From positions 3,038,001 through 3,102,000 of the forward strand of contig CM068750.1 of the NCBI GenBank assembly GCA_035084275.1: a DNA stretch of 64,000 nt, read 5' to 3'. Shown here one piece after another: positions 1 through 19,889 of the stretch (its first letter is position 1; each line of letters starts with the position of its first letter). The notes beneath the pieces are model-generated. The model was given only the letters and a program-made list of their open reading frames with translations, searched no databases and had not been told where the DNA came from. Source of the DNA: Hydrolagus colliei. Lineage: Eukaryota. The translations under genes were made by a program, and so were the position numbers.

Positions 1-101
1 GTTTATTATGAACATTGTAATTAATATGTTTGTGAAGCAATTAGCAGATGATTTCTGGGAAATATATTTTAATAAGTGCTCATAGTTTGATACAAGGTAA
101 T

Positions 102-237
102 ATCTGTAGCTCAGTGGTTACAAGCACGAGACCTGGGTTCAATTCCAGGCAGGGCGAAACATTGGGCAAATTTACTTAATTCAACGTCTAGGAGACATGA
201 AAAGCACTATTTTAAATGCAAGGATTTTTATTATTAT
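102..237 (+). mobile_element. tRNA-derived Deu-type SINE, internally deleted copy
   Basis: Box A TAGCTCAGTGG, box B GGTTCAATTCC, and the tail aaatgcaaggatt(att)n shared with the other copies. Confidence 0.75.
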
Positions 238-926
238 CTACTTGGTAATTATTCTTCATATTTATGCACGGTATACATGTTTAGTTCATGTTAAAATTCT
301 CACCATTTAATTTGACTCTCCTGACAATTATCTGTCAAAACATTTGTATGCTGATCTTTAAAAAGCAATATATTATATTCAAAGAGACTATTCTGAGTTT
401 CTGACCACTTAAAGCCTCATATTAGCCATTCAGCGTGTTGATGATCCATTTACCTCATCATTATACAAATATTTTCTGAGAAATTAGCAGCTGCTGTCTT
501 GAAAACATCCTAACTGCTTAGTAACTAGTTCACATCTTCATATACCTGCACTGCGTTCTACAAATCATTCCACAAGCAAAGCAACAATTTACAGTACTTT
601 AGAAGGTAACTGCTTAACTTATTTGAACAAGTACAGGTATTTTTACATAGTGCATTCAGAATTTGATCAATGCAAGTTCACTGATCATTTGAAGGTCAAG
701 CATAGACATTGATAAATATCCTCACAATCTATTGCTTGTGACCATATTTTTTGAAGGTTAAATAAATTAACCTTTAATGGAAAGTCAGCTTTGGATTGTG
801 TGATACCGATTGTAATAATTGCAGTCTTTTATTTGGACAACAGTCAATTCATCATAAACAAACACTTAGGCTACTATGCTGTCCCAGAATGAACCTGGCA
901 CTTTATTTAATTTTCAATATAAACAG

Positions 927-1073
927 GTTGAATTCTGTGCTGCTTATAATGTGGCGTGATTGTTCAACTGTGGGGTTTGATGCCACAATTATTTCCGAAG
1001 CAGCCGTTTAAACCAGAAGCAGATTCCCATTCCTCATGCCAGCAGAGAAATTAAATAGGGTACACATAAAAAT
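927..1073 (+). other. C14orf28: Candidate 5' exon of C14orf28, ending in AT that forms ATG with the first G of the next exon; contains a 20-aa uORF at 949-1011
   Basis: Acceptor ...caatataaacAG at 925-926. Two donors, GTATGT at 1074 and GTAAGT at 1078, are each preceded by AT. The next exon starts G-ACG-AAG-ACA. Confidence 0.55.
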
Positions 1074-1376
1074 GTATGTAAGTATTAGCTAATGAGGTGG
1101 CCCATGTTAACACTGGAAATACTGTAGAGATATGGTACAAGAAAAAAATGAAGTCAATTGCTATTATTCCACATCTAACCTCTAGAACTCCATGTTGCTA
1201 TATCTCTACCTCGACTACTCTATCTTTAAACCCCTCTGTAAAACTTACCTCTTCAGCTGTACCTATGGTCACCGTCCTTTTCCCAATAGCTCAGGAGTCC
1301 AACCTCATCTCTGTGCAGCACTCTCAGATACTGTACTGGATATCAGTATATTCAACTCAAATCAATGATATCTTAA

Positions 1377-6827
<5,451 letters not shown>

Positions 6828-6980
6828 CTACATTTATGTAGTCATTATGACTTATGTAAATGAAGACTTACTGAATACATATGATTTTCATAAATCATAC
6901 CATCTTAAAAAAAAGGAAATAATTAAATCATCTTGGCATCCAAGGGAAAAAAAGGACTATAATAGTCATTTATTAACCCA

Positions 6981-6986
6981 AATAAA
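6981..6986 (+). terminator. Likely poly(A) signal of C14orf28
   Basis: First AATAAA downstream of the stop, about 150 nt away; another lies near 7130. Confidence 0.4.
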
Positions 6987-9900
6987 ATATTCTTCAAACT
7001 GAATGTACAAATTAGTAAGTTGAGTACTTAACTATGCAAAATATGTAAACAAAATGCACTACAGTATTTCTCAATGTATTTGGATACTTAATGGCTTGCC
7101 GATATTTTTATACAAAGCTGTACTACTGAAATAAATGTCTTTTTATGAGTTGTTGCAGATAAAATGTCACGGTGTGTGAGAGAGAATGTAAATAATTCAT
7201 GATTTTGAAAAGCACAAACATTTCAGTGGAAAATAACTGACATTGGGGGATGGTGCGAGAATGTAATTAAAATAAGTTTTTTAATTCCATAAATACTGAA
7301 TATGCAGTTTTTATTTGGGATTGGAAAGTTACAGACTATTAAGTTGACAATTGTTAAGCATAGTTGATCAATGGAAAAAATGAGCAACACAAAAATCTAG
7401 CTTGTTCGTTCAACTCTGATCAACGGTGCTCAAGAATAGACTGACCCAAAACATGCTGCCATTCATAGTGAAAGGAGCTGGCTGAAGGATAGTACACAGA
7501 GCCTGACATCTTGGTATTTAGTTAGAATCAGTGTGATTCTTCACTTCAGGCAGATTTGGTTTCTTATTTTCAGATCCAATAAGTGTTAGTCACTTGACAG
7601 GTCTAGTTGGTTCGGTGACCCTACAGTTGATTTGTACAAATTAAATGATAGGTCAAAATATGAACTGATTAAATGACTTGCAAAATGCTAATGTTTGAGC
7701 AATCCCAAAGTTCACATACTCTCCGATGATGGTCATAGAGTATTCAAAACATCCCCTAGCTTTTGGCTCATACTGTTTGAACTGGTGAAACCTTGTGGGT
7801 TTGTATTGATTAACATAATACCACATCTGTTCTTGTGTATCCCTTTAAGCATGGGAATGCTGTACCCATTTCAAATTATAGGTCATGTTTAAGTTCAAGT
7901 TCAGTCAACACCTGAAATAAGGACAGATGCCTCTTGTAATTGCCCTTGGCTAACTAAATGAGATCAGAAAGACGAATTTGTACTGGGTTGTCAAAGGAGA
8001 GTCTTTGACTCTGAACATGGTCCAAACTCCAGGTGCGGCAAGTGATAGGTAACTTTGAATTTTTTGCCAATTTTCTCTCTCCTGAAGGCATCGAGTCTTG
8101 CTTGTTCCATGATCAACATCCCACTGCTGTCTTGTTGACCTTTCTTTGAGCGAGAATCAGCAGTCGATTCAAGGAGGTAAAATAACAGCTTAGCAGAGAG
8201 TGAGGCAATACAATAGTTAATTAAGAAAATTAGCAACCAGCCAAGGATACATGAAATACTGTGAGTGAATTAAGGTCAGACCTGCGTTTAGTGCAATGGG
8301 GGAGGAAGGAAAACTAAGCTCCAATTAACCCAGCTCGGTCACTAAACATTTCATATTAACCACTTCTAAAATTGTCTCTTCCAGCTAATGACGCGAGATA
8401 TCGGGTGTAACAATGAAGAATCTTTCCTTTTCCTTCTCACTTTCGCAATTAGGATATCAGGCATAAAGTATGTCAGTGTACATACCGAGCAAGGAAACTT
8501 TAAAAGTTGACATCAAATTTTTTTTTAATATGTGGTCAAGAATGCTTCAGGTAATCAGCTCTTATGCCCATGAAGTATGTGAGAATGGTTCTTAAGTACT
8601 ATCTGGCTTTCGCATAGTACACAGAAGCAGTATGTATTCAATTAATAGTTAACCATAAGGGCTTTGTTGCATTATTACTTATATTATTTGCCTAACTTTA
8701 TTTTCAAAAAGGCCCATAACTGAAATGCCACCAGAAGTTCTAATTCTGTGAGTGGGTTCAACTAAGGACATGGCCTGTATGGTCATTATTCCAATAAAAT
8801 CAATGCATTTAGACCAAAAAAAATCAGGAAATGGGAAAGATGAGAAAGAAGAAAAGCATAACTGTTGAGACTTCATTTGCTTTTGCAATTATTTATTTAG
8901 TCAAGACATTCAATGAAATAGTGTAATAACAAATAGTATTTTACATAGCAGTATCACAAGGAAACGTGGGCACTGCTTTAAGGAAATGAAATGACAAAGG
9001 TGGAACAGTCCTTAGCGCTTTGCCTGTGTAACAAACACAGAAAATGAGTAGTACGTGAAATGACTACTACCTTGTGAATAAAAGATTGTGCACTTAGTTA
9101 CAGAAAGCACAAACCTACACCTATGATTCAACAGTTAACCACTTATAGTCAGCACAAGTCAAAAGAGTAATAGATTTTTCCCTTATCCTTTATTTACAAT
9201 GATTCATAATACCATTCAAAATAATCAGGCCTGGATTTAGAGTACTGTATATGTCAATAAAGAAAAAAAAATCTCAGGTCAATTCTTTCAGATATGCTAA
9301 TTTTAAGTCAAGCTGTGAAGTCACTAATAACCATAGACAAGCCAATTTCCCCTTTTCAATTTGTAATTGAGTTTAGAAACATTCTTAATACTGTAATCCA
9401 CTGTGCAATATCAGAATATTAATTTAAAAAGTGGTGTTTTAGGTAATTCTTGCAAAGTTGGATTATCAAATTCTAAACTGAGACTTGGGAGTGAAAATAA
9501 ATTGAATGCCATTTCCAGAAAACTGATAACAAGGATGCAAATCAATCAGATTTGAACACACTGGGAATTTATGCAACGAATGCCAGACAATCCTAAACTA
9601 CAACTTAGTTCCTTAATGGTCCCTCTCAAAGTGTATAATATTATTTACTTAAGTTATCTATTAACAGCAAATACAGTCTATATAGTCTTGGTGTAAGAAA
9701 TAGATGAAGAGCATAGAAATTTATATTCCTGACATTGAACATAAAATAGAATAATTCTTAATTTGATATAGTGCCATCAAGCCATAGAGACATTTCAAAG
9801 TTTTTCACAGGAAATAGTGTGTAATAGTGTGTAATTACTGTGTAATAGTGACTGTATTTTGTGGGCAAACGCAGCAGCTAATTTACACACAGCAATGTCC

Positions 9901-12900
9901 CATAAACAGCTATGGAATGAGTAACAAATTTTATCTGGAAGTGTGTTGGACAGGACACTAGGAGAAACTCCCTTTAAGTTTTGAATAGTCAAACAAAATA
10001 TTTTGTCACTTGTACTAATTTTAAATCTTCTTCCTTGAACAATTTGAATGCATAGCATGGCAAAGGTTCAGGTTATTGATATGGGGTGGGGGGGCGCGGG
10101 AAGATGCCCAAACTATTAGTTAATACTGCCAAGCACTAAGTGTGCCATTGTATTATACAAAATGTGAATAGATATGTCCATGCAATGATTGTCCCCTGAA
10201 TCAGAACAAATTAAAAGTGGTCCAATCCAACCTTAAATTTTTTTAGGAGATGGAACAGTTTTTAAAAAATGAACAATAGTTTAATTCTTGGAAACAACTT
10301 TCACATTTATCACTGAATCGGATCATTAAAGTTTAACCAACTAAAGGCAAAGATTGCACCATGACATTACCTGTATTTAATTAACCAACGTTTTGCAGAA
10401 ACTGAAACTTTATTCTTCCATTGCATACCAGAACTGGAGATATTCAGAAGAGCCCAAATTAGGAAAGGTAGCTAATTTCTGTTATGAAAACATGTTGGAA
10501 ATTTGGGAGCAGCACATCTGCCAGATTTTAAAGTTTATAAATCAGAGAATTACCTCTTCATTATATATATCAGACACAATCTGCACAAGAAAGTGTTGAT
10601 GTGTTCGCAAGTAATTTAATTAAACAACACAAGCTAATAAGAATCCCCTTGCCATAGCTTAAATATCAAAGTATGAAAAGTATAAATTAGTGGAACTGAA
10701 AAGTGCATAATATTCAAAACTGATTAAAATATAGATTCACAGTCAGTTATAAATCCACTAGATATAAAAAGATGTTATACTAACAGTGATTTCAGCATTC
10801 TCTATAATCCACTGCCTAAAGAGAAACATATATTGTTTTAAAAAAACAAATAATCATTTCACCATTTCTCATTAGTGACTTGAATAATCATAAAATAATA
10901 ATCATTGCATTTGATATTGTGCCTTATGTCATTGGGATGTCTCAAAGCTTCATAGAATATTCTGTACAGTAGATTGACTATTTTGTGAGCGAAAAGGAAA
11001 AACTATTTTGTAAGGAAATACTCTGCACAAAAGTTATCTTTTAAAACCCAGCTCTCCTGGTTCTGGGAAGCTACATTTAAAAATAACAATTTCTTAAGAT
11101 TCCATAATTGACTGATTATTGCTATGCCATCAGCTACAGTAGACAAAACAACATTTATGCTACTAAGCAGCATAACGTTACTGAACCCTGGGTTTAGACT
11201 TGTTACGGTGGATATTGCTAGTTTACTGTAGCCTCAATATACTGTATATTAAAATCATGCTGACATTTGTAGAGCAGAATGCACATCATCTATTTGTTGT
11301 ACAGTATTTTGATCTATGGAAGGACAGATAGAAACATTGTAATCTACACAAGAAATAGCAAAAAAAATTAAATGTTTACTGTACAGATTCACAAATAGAT
11401 ATTTACAGGAGTAAATGGAAGTTCCATAAATCCACCAATCAATCTCTACAAGTATAAATTACACCTAATAAAAAAAGCCATATAAAAATGTTATTGCACA
11501 ATTTTATTCAAAATACCAACAAACATTTGTAGCCTTTACTGTCAAGATCTAGAAGCAAAGGGACTAACTTCCAGGGGGTTTAAGGATAGCTAACTAGGAG
11601 GAGGATTTTGCCTTATCTGAAACACTAATATGTGTGTACATACATATCATACCCTTCATGCAGTCTCAAAAACCACTAGATTTTACAGTCAAGATTAGAT
11701 AACTCTTACTGACCATGTGTACAACATTTGCACTTTGCTGGTCTGGTCATAACATTACTAATGTTTGTAGCAGTAATTCAGCCAAATAAATGTTTCACGG
11801 TATTAAACTGATAATGAAAACTAACCTCTGCCAATATCATTTACCGCTACTTTGTTTTGCACATTGAAGTATACACAGCTGCAGTACTTTATAGTGAAAT
11901 GCCCTATAATATTTGAAAAACAGTGCAACTGGCTGCTTTCACAAGGCATAGCTACTGACAAACAAAAACATGAATGAGGTACTCCCTAAATTGTCAGTGG
12001 CATTGTTTTTATTGATCAAGAAAACATTTTTTTTTGAAGATTGTTCTATGACACCATCTTCAATTCTGAAGCATGGTCTTTTCCCTGCTAGACCATATTC
12101 AACTTCCTCCAGGCAAGTTAAGAAAAGGAGGAAATCTCCAATGTCTTAATAATGCAAGTTGTTAATAAATGTTCCTGCATTGCTTAGGTTTTACCATTTA
12201 TTGTATATCAATATAAAGCACCATTACAAATAAGCTTAATACAGGAGTTTTCCTACAAGATACTGCAGCTTTCAAATAAAAATGTAAAGTGACACACTTG
12301 GATTAAACATACAAAAAGATTGAACATAAAAAATTTGGCAAGCAAAGTTAGTTAAAAACCAGCTCACATATTACAGTAAGGAAAATATTCATCATGAGGC
12401 AAATGATAACAGCGACCGGCTGAATTATTACCTCACTCTTACAATGTTAGTCACTGCAATTGAATGGAGTTCTTTATTCAGCTTAATTAGGGTTAAAAAA
12501 AGTGCAGAAAATTCACTATATAAAACTCCTTTTCTCCAGGGTTTGATTGCTCAGAGGCACATATGAGTTCTACTCATAAAAAACAATGGGAGTGAAAATA
12601 AAAAGTCAACATAATTCATGAAACAGGCTACAACATAAACAAATATCAATGTCCTGAATCCTAGGATAGCACCAAATACTAAATCTAAACACTCTCCCTT
12701 CAACAGCAGCTGTAGATTAAAAAAAACAGCACAGCAACAAACCCATCACTTTCACATTAGAGCTGGACAATAGAGTAACAATTACAAATGCAACAATAAT
12801 TTTAATATCCATTAAAATAAGCCCATATTCACAAAGCTGGTTAAAGAACTGAGCATATCAAAAGGTTGTACATTCCTACACTACCATCTTGTGAATACAG

Positions 12901-13726
12901 GCTTACAATCATGTTTGCAAGTTTAGAACTTTCTAAACCGGTTGCCATGTTATTAGAAATGAGAACCACAACTGCTGATAAGAGATTGTTTTAGTTTTCA
13001 GAATCATAACTGAATTGAACATCACCTTTTCATATGTTCAACTCTATTAAGTCTCCTTGAAACATCATAGTTCAAATAGTAAATTTTATGCTGCACAAAT
13101 TCCGGTGACCTTATCGGTCCAGCTGGAAGATTGTCGATGTTACATCATTCACAAATGTTTACAATATTACTACCAATTTCTCATCCAGGCCTACACACTA
13201 TGTTACATTACACAATACAGACAAGCACACTATAGAAAAGTGTTGAGTTACAGGTATGAAAAGGCAGCCCTTAAGTATTAATCTTCATACTGTGAAGCAC
13301 TGATGTTAAATGTAACATGTAATCCAATGAACACTCATGGCACAAATATCCCACAGGCACACATCATGTTGTATACATACAATGAGTTGGGTTATTGGTT
13401 TTGTATTTGTTTAATTTTTTAAATCAGTAAAATGAGGAAGAAATGGTAAAGGTCCTTAAAAATGGAGGGAATGTTTGTAAGGTGGAAAAGCTGGAGCTTC
13501 CAACGAGCTCCAACTGTTTCAGGCATCAGTTTTTCTTCCCCATAATTGTACAATCATACAATATAACCCATTCAATTAAAAAGGTGAACAAAACTTTCAG
13601 CACAGTAAAAACCAACAGTAGCAGCCAAAGTTCTCAGTAAAACCCAACAGGTTTTGAATCTTCAGTTTCAGCGAGAATGGTCACCTTTTTTTCATGCACA
13701 ATATGTCCTTCAGAATCAAACAGCTG

Positions 13727-16700
13727 TTAAAATGCAGTCAGCCCAAAGTTGCACCGACACGACAGCATACCAGCACAGTCTGACCAGGCATCTGAGATCG
13801 GGTCATACCTCTGCATTATATTCAGGTAGGACGACCCCGAATGACCTCCCACTACATAGAGGTAGTTATCTATGATGGCTGCACCAACTCCTGTTGTAAA
13901 AGACACATTCAATCAAAATACAAAATGGACAAATGGTACAGATTTAAAGGTCAGCTGTAACTTTCATCACAATTGTAAATCATAAAACCAGGTACAGTAC
14001 ATTAAAAGATCATTTAAAAAAGAGATGGCATGATCTAATTTCACACATCAAATGGTATTGCTTCAGGTGACATGGATTACTCATTTACCTGTTCTGGGAT
14101 CATTCATAGGCCTACATAAGGTCCACTGATTTTGATGGGGATCATATCTCTCAACACTCTGTAGGTGTGACACACCATTGTGCCCACCGACAACAAATAT
14201 GAAGCCAAGCATTACGCCAACACCAAAGTTAATTCTTTTGTCAGCCATTGTAGCTACCATCTCCCAGGAATCTTTGCATGGATCATAACATTCCACACTG
14301 CAGGTGCACACAAAAAGGGGGAGGAAAAAACACAACAATTCAATTAAATTTGTATTAATCATTTGTAAAATTGTTACGGTTCACAAAATAATAAAAAGTC
14401 TTGCATCTGCCAGAGCGCCTTATCAGGTCTTTATGAGAAATCTCAGAATGTACTATAAAGTGAATGTACTAGATTTTGTGGGTGAACTGCGGTGGCCAAT
14501 TGCGCACAGCAGTGTCCCACAAACTGGTGGATTGAGTGACAAAATTATTATTTTTTTGAAGGTATTATTACTCCCGGATAAGCGAATCGCCAAAAAGACT
14601 AACAAACGCATTCCTACTTACTGCTACTGTGTGGAATTAGGAAACTTGTCAAATGTTTGGCCCTGCTTGGGAATAGAACCCAAGTCCTCTCACTTGAGAG
14701 GCAAGTGCTCTAACCACAAAGCTATAGGACTCGAAATGAACAACCTGTGATTTATTGAACCAAAATTCACACAAGTTGAGTTTTTTTCAAGAAATGAAAG
14801 CTTGCCTAGAACTGCACTTCCAGCTTTTAAAAAAATATATATTTATTTTGAAAACGTGTACTCTACCTGTTCGTGTGAGCAGGGCCATAGCCTCCAATGG
14901 CATATATCATTCCATCTAAAACTGCAGCTGCAAAACAGCTCCGAGTTTTAAGCATAGGTGCAACTGGCTGCCATTCTTTGACCTTAGGAATATATTTTTC
15001 CACAGACCGTAAATAATTCTCCCCATCATAACCACCTAAGGCATACAGCTCGCCTGCTAACACTGCCACCCCAAGAGTGCTTCGAGATTCGTTCATTCTT
15101 TCCAAGGAGGTCCACTTGTTGGTTTCCGGGTTCCAGTGCTCCACCAAATTCTCATGTTTCCGATAATTGATGCCTTGCCGCACGTGGGTTGCAATTCCTC
15201 CCACTACATAAAGTTTCTGGTCTACCACAGCAATCCCACATTCATAGCGCGGACTGCTAAGTGGTGCCAGTCCTGTCCAGGAATCGGTCTGAGGAAAGTA
15301 CATCTCCACACTGGTGTGTTGTGGGTAGACGGGGGAAAAAACACACACACGCACAGAAAAATGATGAATGAGTTTGGTTCAAAAATTAGTCGAAATTAGA
15401 AATTTGAAGTCTCAGTTTTGCAGAGCCAATTATTTAACAGTTATCTTTGTAAAGATTTTCAGATTTACAAAGAAACAATAAATTTACAATAAAATGCAAC
15501 TCACTTTGCACCAAATGTATCTTGCAATACACATTTCATAAAGGATCGTCAATACATCAAACTACAACCTTGATTTGTTAGATATTATATAGCAGAGCTG
15601 CCAAATTACAAGACTGCAAAATGAGGTTTTAACCAGAGAATAAATGATAATGTAAAGTAATTTTGAATCACATTCAAAATAAAGGAAATCATGTTATTCA
15701 GATGCTATCCGAATCCGAATGGTTTGGGTTGGTGAAGCCAGATGGGTTTGGACTGCATGCCTTTAGTTTCTAATCTTTCGAGTTCAAACGCATTCACTCC
15801 CTGGCATCCTCCTACATCTCTGACCTCCCCACTTTCCAATCCACCACCCTCGAATGGCACTGGGCTCTTACTTGCCCCTCGCAATCCTCTGCCCCACTAT
15901 CAGATGTCGGTGCTTTCAGCCATTAAACCCCCAAACTTTGGAATGCTCTCTCTCAATCCTCCACCTTGCCCACTGTCTCCTCTTTTTCAAAACCCGCCTG
16001 AAAACCTTCCTCTTCAACCATGCTCGGAGCCACCTCTCCACCCCCCCAACCCAGCTCAATCAGGCCACTGTTAAGTGCGCTGAGACACTACCCCATCGCA
16101 TGGAGGGTGCCATATAAATGCAAGTTGTTGTTGCAGGACTTCAGGTTAGAGTTTAGTCAGTTTGAGACTGGGAAACAGGAACAGAGGTAGGAGAATAACT
16201 AATAATAATAATTAATAATAATGTTAGATCAGTAGATTTTGTGAAGAAAAAAAATAATTGGCGAGTAACAGATCTGGATAAACTGGACCTCTAAAATATT
16301 AACCTTGGGCCTAAAATCATTCTTAATCTTGACCTCTAAAACATTCTTAACCTCAGAGCCTCCCGACGTGAAAGGTGCTATACAAATGTAATTTTGTTGT
16401 TTTTGTTGTTAACCTACTCACCTATCTAATGTAGCAAACAATCCAGTTTTTCCTCCAACAGCACAAAGCACTTTAGGAGCACAACGTGGCCTTGTCAGTA
16501 ACTCAGTCTGATGGGAAAATCTATGCTCTGGCATGAAATGGTATTTGAGAGCTTCATTGAGAAGGTGCTTGCAGGTATGGTCATCACGAATCAGCTGATT
16601 TGCTTCATACAATCTCGTCAGGAACTTCACACTTAATAATGGCAATCGAACACAGTGCAGTAACTGCGCCAAATATTTGGGTCTTTCCTGTATATCATAT

Positions 16701-17320
16701 TTTATCCATGATTCCAGCGCGTAGAACACAGATTCTTCAGTCACAACATTCAAACAGTCATTTGAGATTATTTCATCCAATTCTGTGTGGCTCAGCTCAA
16801 AAAACTCCTCAGTCTGAGAGACCTCTTCAAAATTCTGGCAGATATACTTGTTGGCAGCAAGGTACAAATCATGGCAACCATAAGTTTCAGCAAAACGTGA
16901 AATCCCAATACAATTCCCAGGATCAAGCTGGCTTTCGAGAAATGTACAACATTCTTTCAGAACCAGTTTGATCTGAAGCAAGTTTGCAGCTGGTAGTAGA
17001 GATTCCACTGTATCTTGTGAAATAAACACAGTCCCTGTGTATGCATATTCGACGATAGCTTGCAGTGCAGTTTCATCAATACACTGAAACTCAACCTCAG
17101 AGTTTTCCTTCTCCGATAAGTTCCCAGTAAACATGGCTTTGAAGTATGGACTGATGCTGGCCAGCACCACTTTATGGGCGTGGATTTTGACATCACCAAC
17201 CCTGAGGATGACGTCGCAGAGCTCGCAATGCTGCCGGAGAAGATTCAGGCCCTGCAATAACTGCTCGGAGTGGGGATGAGTCAGGTTGGCAAGCATGTAG
17301 GATGAAGGGGACTGGTCCAT
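13727..17320 (-). CDS. KLHL28: Kelch-like protein 28 (BTB-BACK-Kelch, 571 aa); exons 17320-16422, 15310-14867, 14297-14089, 13890-13727
   Basis: MDQSPSSYMLANLTHPHSEQLLQGL, BTB motif CDVILRVG...HKVVLASISPYF, and Kelch GG..Y/W repeats. Exon lengths 899+444+209+164 = 1716 nt, in frame with GT-AG junctions. Confidence 0.97.
14388..14732 (-). mobile_element. Deu-type tRNA-SINE in a KLHL28 intron
   Basis: ccaattgcgcacagcagtgtcccacaaac core; reverse head ctaaccac...gctatagga. Confidence 0.85.
15790..16135 (+). mobile_element. L2-like LINE 3' fragment
   Basis: gctttcagc...aaactttggaatgctctc...tttcaaaacccgcctgaaaaccttcctcttc is typical of L2 ORF2 ends. It ends in the tail gccatataaatgcaagttgttgttg. 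Confidence 0.7.
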
Positions 17321-19754
17321 CTGAGTGAGAGAAGGTAAAGGTCATGTTTTCCAAAACTTGTGCAATAGTTTTTAGAAAGTGGTTGCATTTTTCCAAAAAT
17401 CCACGTACTAAAACAAACTTTAAAATACTGTGTACTGCATTTGAAAAGACAATCAAGCCCATTTATAAGCAAAGTAGGCTAAGCTCTCTATCACTTGTCA
17501 GTGCATTACCTCATGTCTGGGATCTAGATTCAAATCTAATGCAGATGTACACACTTTAAATTGGTCTTAGCATCTAAATATCTGAAAATGCTTCAGTGCA
17601 TCTTCTTTTGAAGATTAGGTGGGGGTGAAGTAGTTTGAAACTCTCCTCAGTTTCAAACTACTGTACTTCACCCTCACCTGCTGATTATTTGTGATGAATA
17701 GCAGTTAGCAGAGAACGTACACTTTTGAACATTTAAAGGAAAACAAAACTCAATACAGGTACCTGCATCCTAACCGATGAGCAGCTCAACACTTTCACAT
17801 ACTATAGAAACTGAGGAATCAGTACTGCTTCAATTGATATAGCATATATATATACACATTAATGAGACACATTAAAAAAAACAGGAACACTAAAGACCAG
17901 ATATGAAATGTAGTAACAGGCGTGAAATCTTCGTACAGCATTAGGTTTTCCTGATTCTGAACTGCTCTACGTATCCACTTTGCAGTGAATATTATATAAA
18001 TAAATATCTGTTCAATATAAATTTTTCCACTAGTCTTCATCAGTCTATAAGATTATTTACATGTAATATATATAGAATCTTCAAAGACATCTCAGAACAA
18101 ACATTATCTTACTAACACCAACAGTTTCTATGCATTTAATTAATTGATTCAAACAATGGTATCCAAACTCTAAAATTGTTATCCAGTTTCACAATACTTT
18201 TAGTTGATGTTCTGTATTTTGGTTGTATTCAAAATACAACATTTCCCATTTTTAAACAATATATAGTTTCCCAGTGGTCATGATTTTTTTTTAAATAACA
18301 TTTTGACAACCTATTGGTAAATAGTTGATTTTACTCTTGTCTCTTAGAAGAAATGTTTATTTTTTAAAAAAACATCTGCTACAAAAACTGACTGTTCCCA
18401 TTTTGTAATCTATCCATTTACAATAGTTTCCATTTACAATAAAATGAAAAGCTTTTGTTTTCATCTAGCAAGAAATGTGGTACGTACTTTGGCAAGAGTT
18501 TACATTACAGCCTTTTTCTGAAGGCAAACAATTTGGGTTTTAAAAAGAAAGTCTCAAACACCAGAAAAAAAAGATTCACTTTTGCAGGTTATTGACAGTG
18601 ACCATGAATACAGTATTCCATTTCAAAACAGTGACCTTCGTGCAAGAATTGGGGAAGAGAATAGGGGAAGTGGGGGGGGGGGGGGGGGGAGGGGTGAAAA
18701 TGCATAAACCAGTGCATTTCAAGACTACATAAACCCCAATCTCACACCAATTTACAAAATTAAAATATAATACAAAATTGCATTTCACGTTGTAAGGACG
18801 ACCCAGGGCGATGGGCAGTCGAGGATTTACACCTAAGCAGGGGAGTTCGGATCAGGCAGGGTGGAGGGTAGCAGAAGGCATTGAAACTAGAATGTCGAGG
18901 TTATTTTGCCACCATAAAGGTTTCTATTTCTAATTACATGTATGGTAATTCCGTCTTTAATACACGTTTGGTTCAGCAACTCCCGTCAAATTAGCAGGAA
19001 AACAACTCATTTGCATGGTACTTGATGGGGGGAAACCATCTTTAAATGTCACATTGTGGATCAGTAGCAAAGCATCCTTTAATTACTGAAGTCGAAAGAT
19101 TTATTTTACATTATTTAACTTATTCGTTTTTTCACTTCCATTCGTTTTTTTCCCCACATCCTTCGGCATCTTCGAATTAAAGCCGCAGTTTTAACAGTGC
19201 GGGGGGGGGGGGGGAGTCAATAATTAATTGGATCTAGGCCACAGCAGTGTAAACTTGCTAAGACTACAGGTTGGTGTCATTTTAGACGCGAAGCTGTACG
19301 ACCGAAAGAAAACCAATAACCAGGGGAGGGGAGGAAAAAAATTGTACGGAAAAGGGGAAGAGAGGGAGTCTGAAAATCTCAAGCAAAAAGAAAAGTTCCG
19401 ATGCCTTTACGAATTATTTGGTGGCGTCGGGTTTCACTCAGAGCGTGGCATTCAAATCAACAGCGAACAAAAGGCAGCTCGAACACACAATCGCACTTTA
19501 TTTTATTATTTCTTGGGGGGGGGGGGGGGGAGGGAGGGGAGCCTCTCCCGAAACACAAAAAAACTTTCACCAACTTGGGACGGATTAAATACACTGGAGT
19601 TACTGGTACATTAGGGGCCTTGGGGCCTATCAACTAATGAATCTGTCATTGTGGTAGGTAGCGAGTGCGACGTGAGCGACAGCGACTGCAAGGAAGGAGG
19701 AGGAGATGGGTGGATTCAAAAATTAAAATATAAAATAAATACGAAATCACGCAC

Positions 19755-19880
19755 CTGATAAGCAAATACGGTGACCTTCTCTCCCCCCCGCCACCCCCCA
19801 CCCACCCCCACCGAAAAAAAATACGCCGCGGACGGAGGACGAACCACCTGAGCCCCCAGCGCCTGTCAAATCCCAATACA
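19755..19880 (-). other. KLHL28: Probable non-coding exon 1 of KLHL28 (5' end approximate)
   Basis: Minus-strand donor CAG|GTGCGT at 19755/19754 inside a CpG-rich region. An ETS-CRE-like motif CCGGAACTGACGT lies at about 19897-19909. Confidence 0.5.
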
Positions 19881-19889
19881 ACACAGGTG

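Noticed and set aside
8088-8176. Exon-like segment (pyrimidine tract-AG to GAG|GTAAAA) and minus-strand ORF 7991-8236 between C14orf28 and KLHL28
   Set aside because: No partner exons or recognisable protein; such signals arise by chance.
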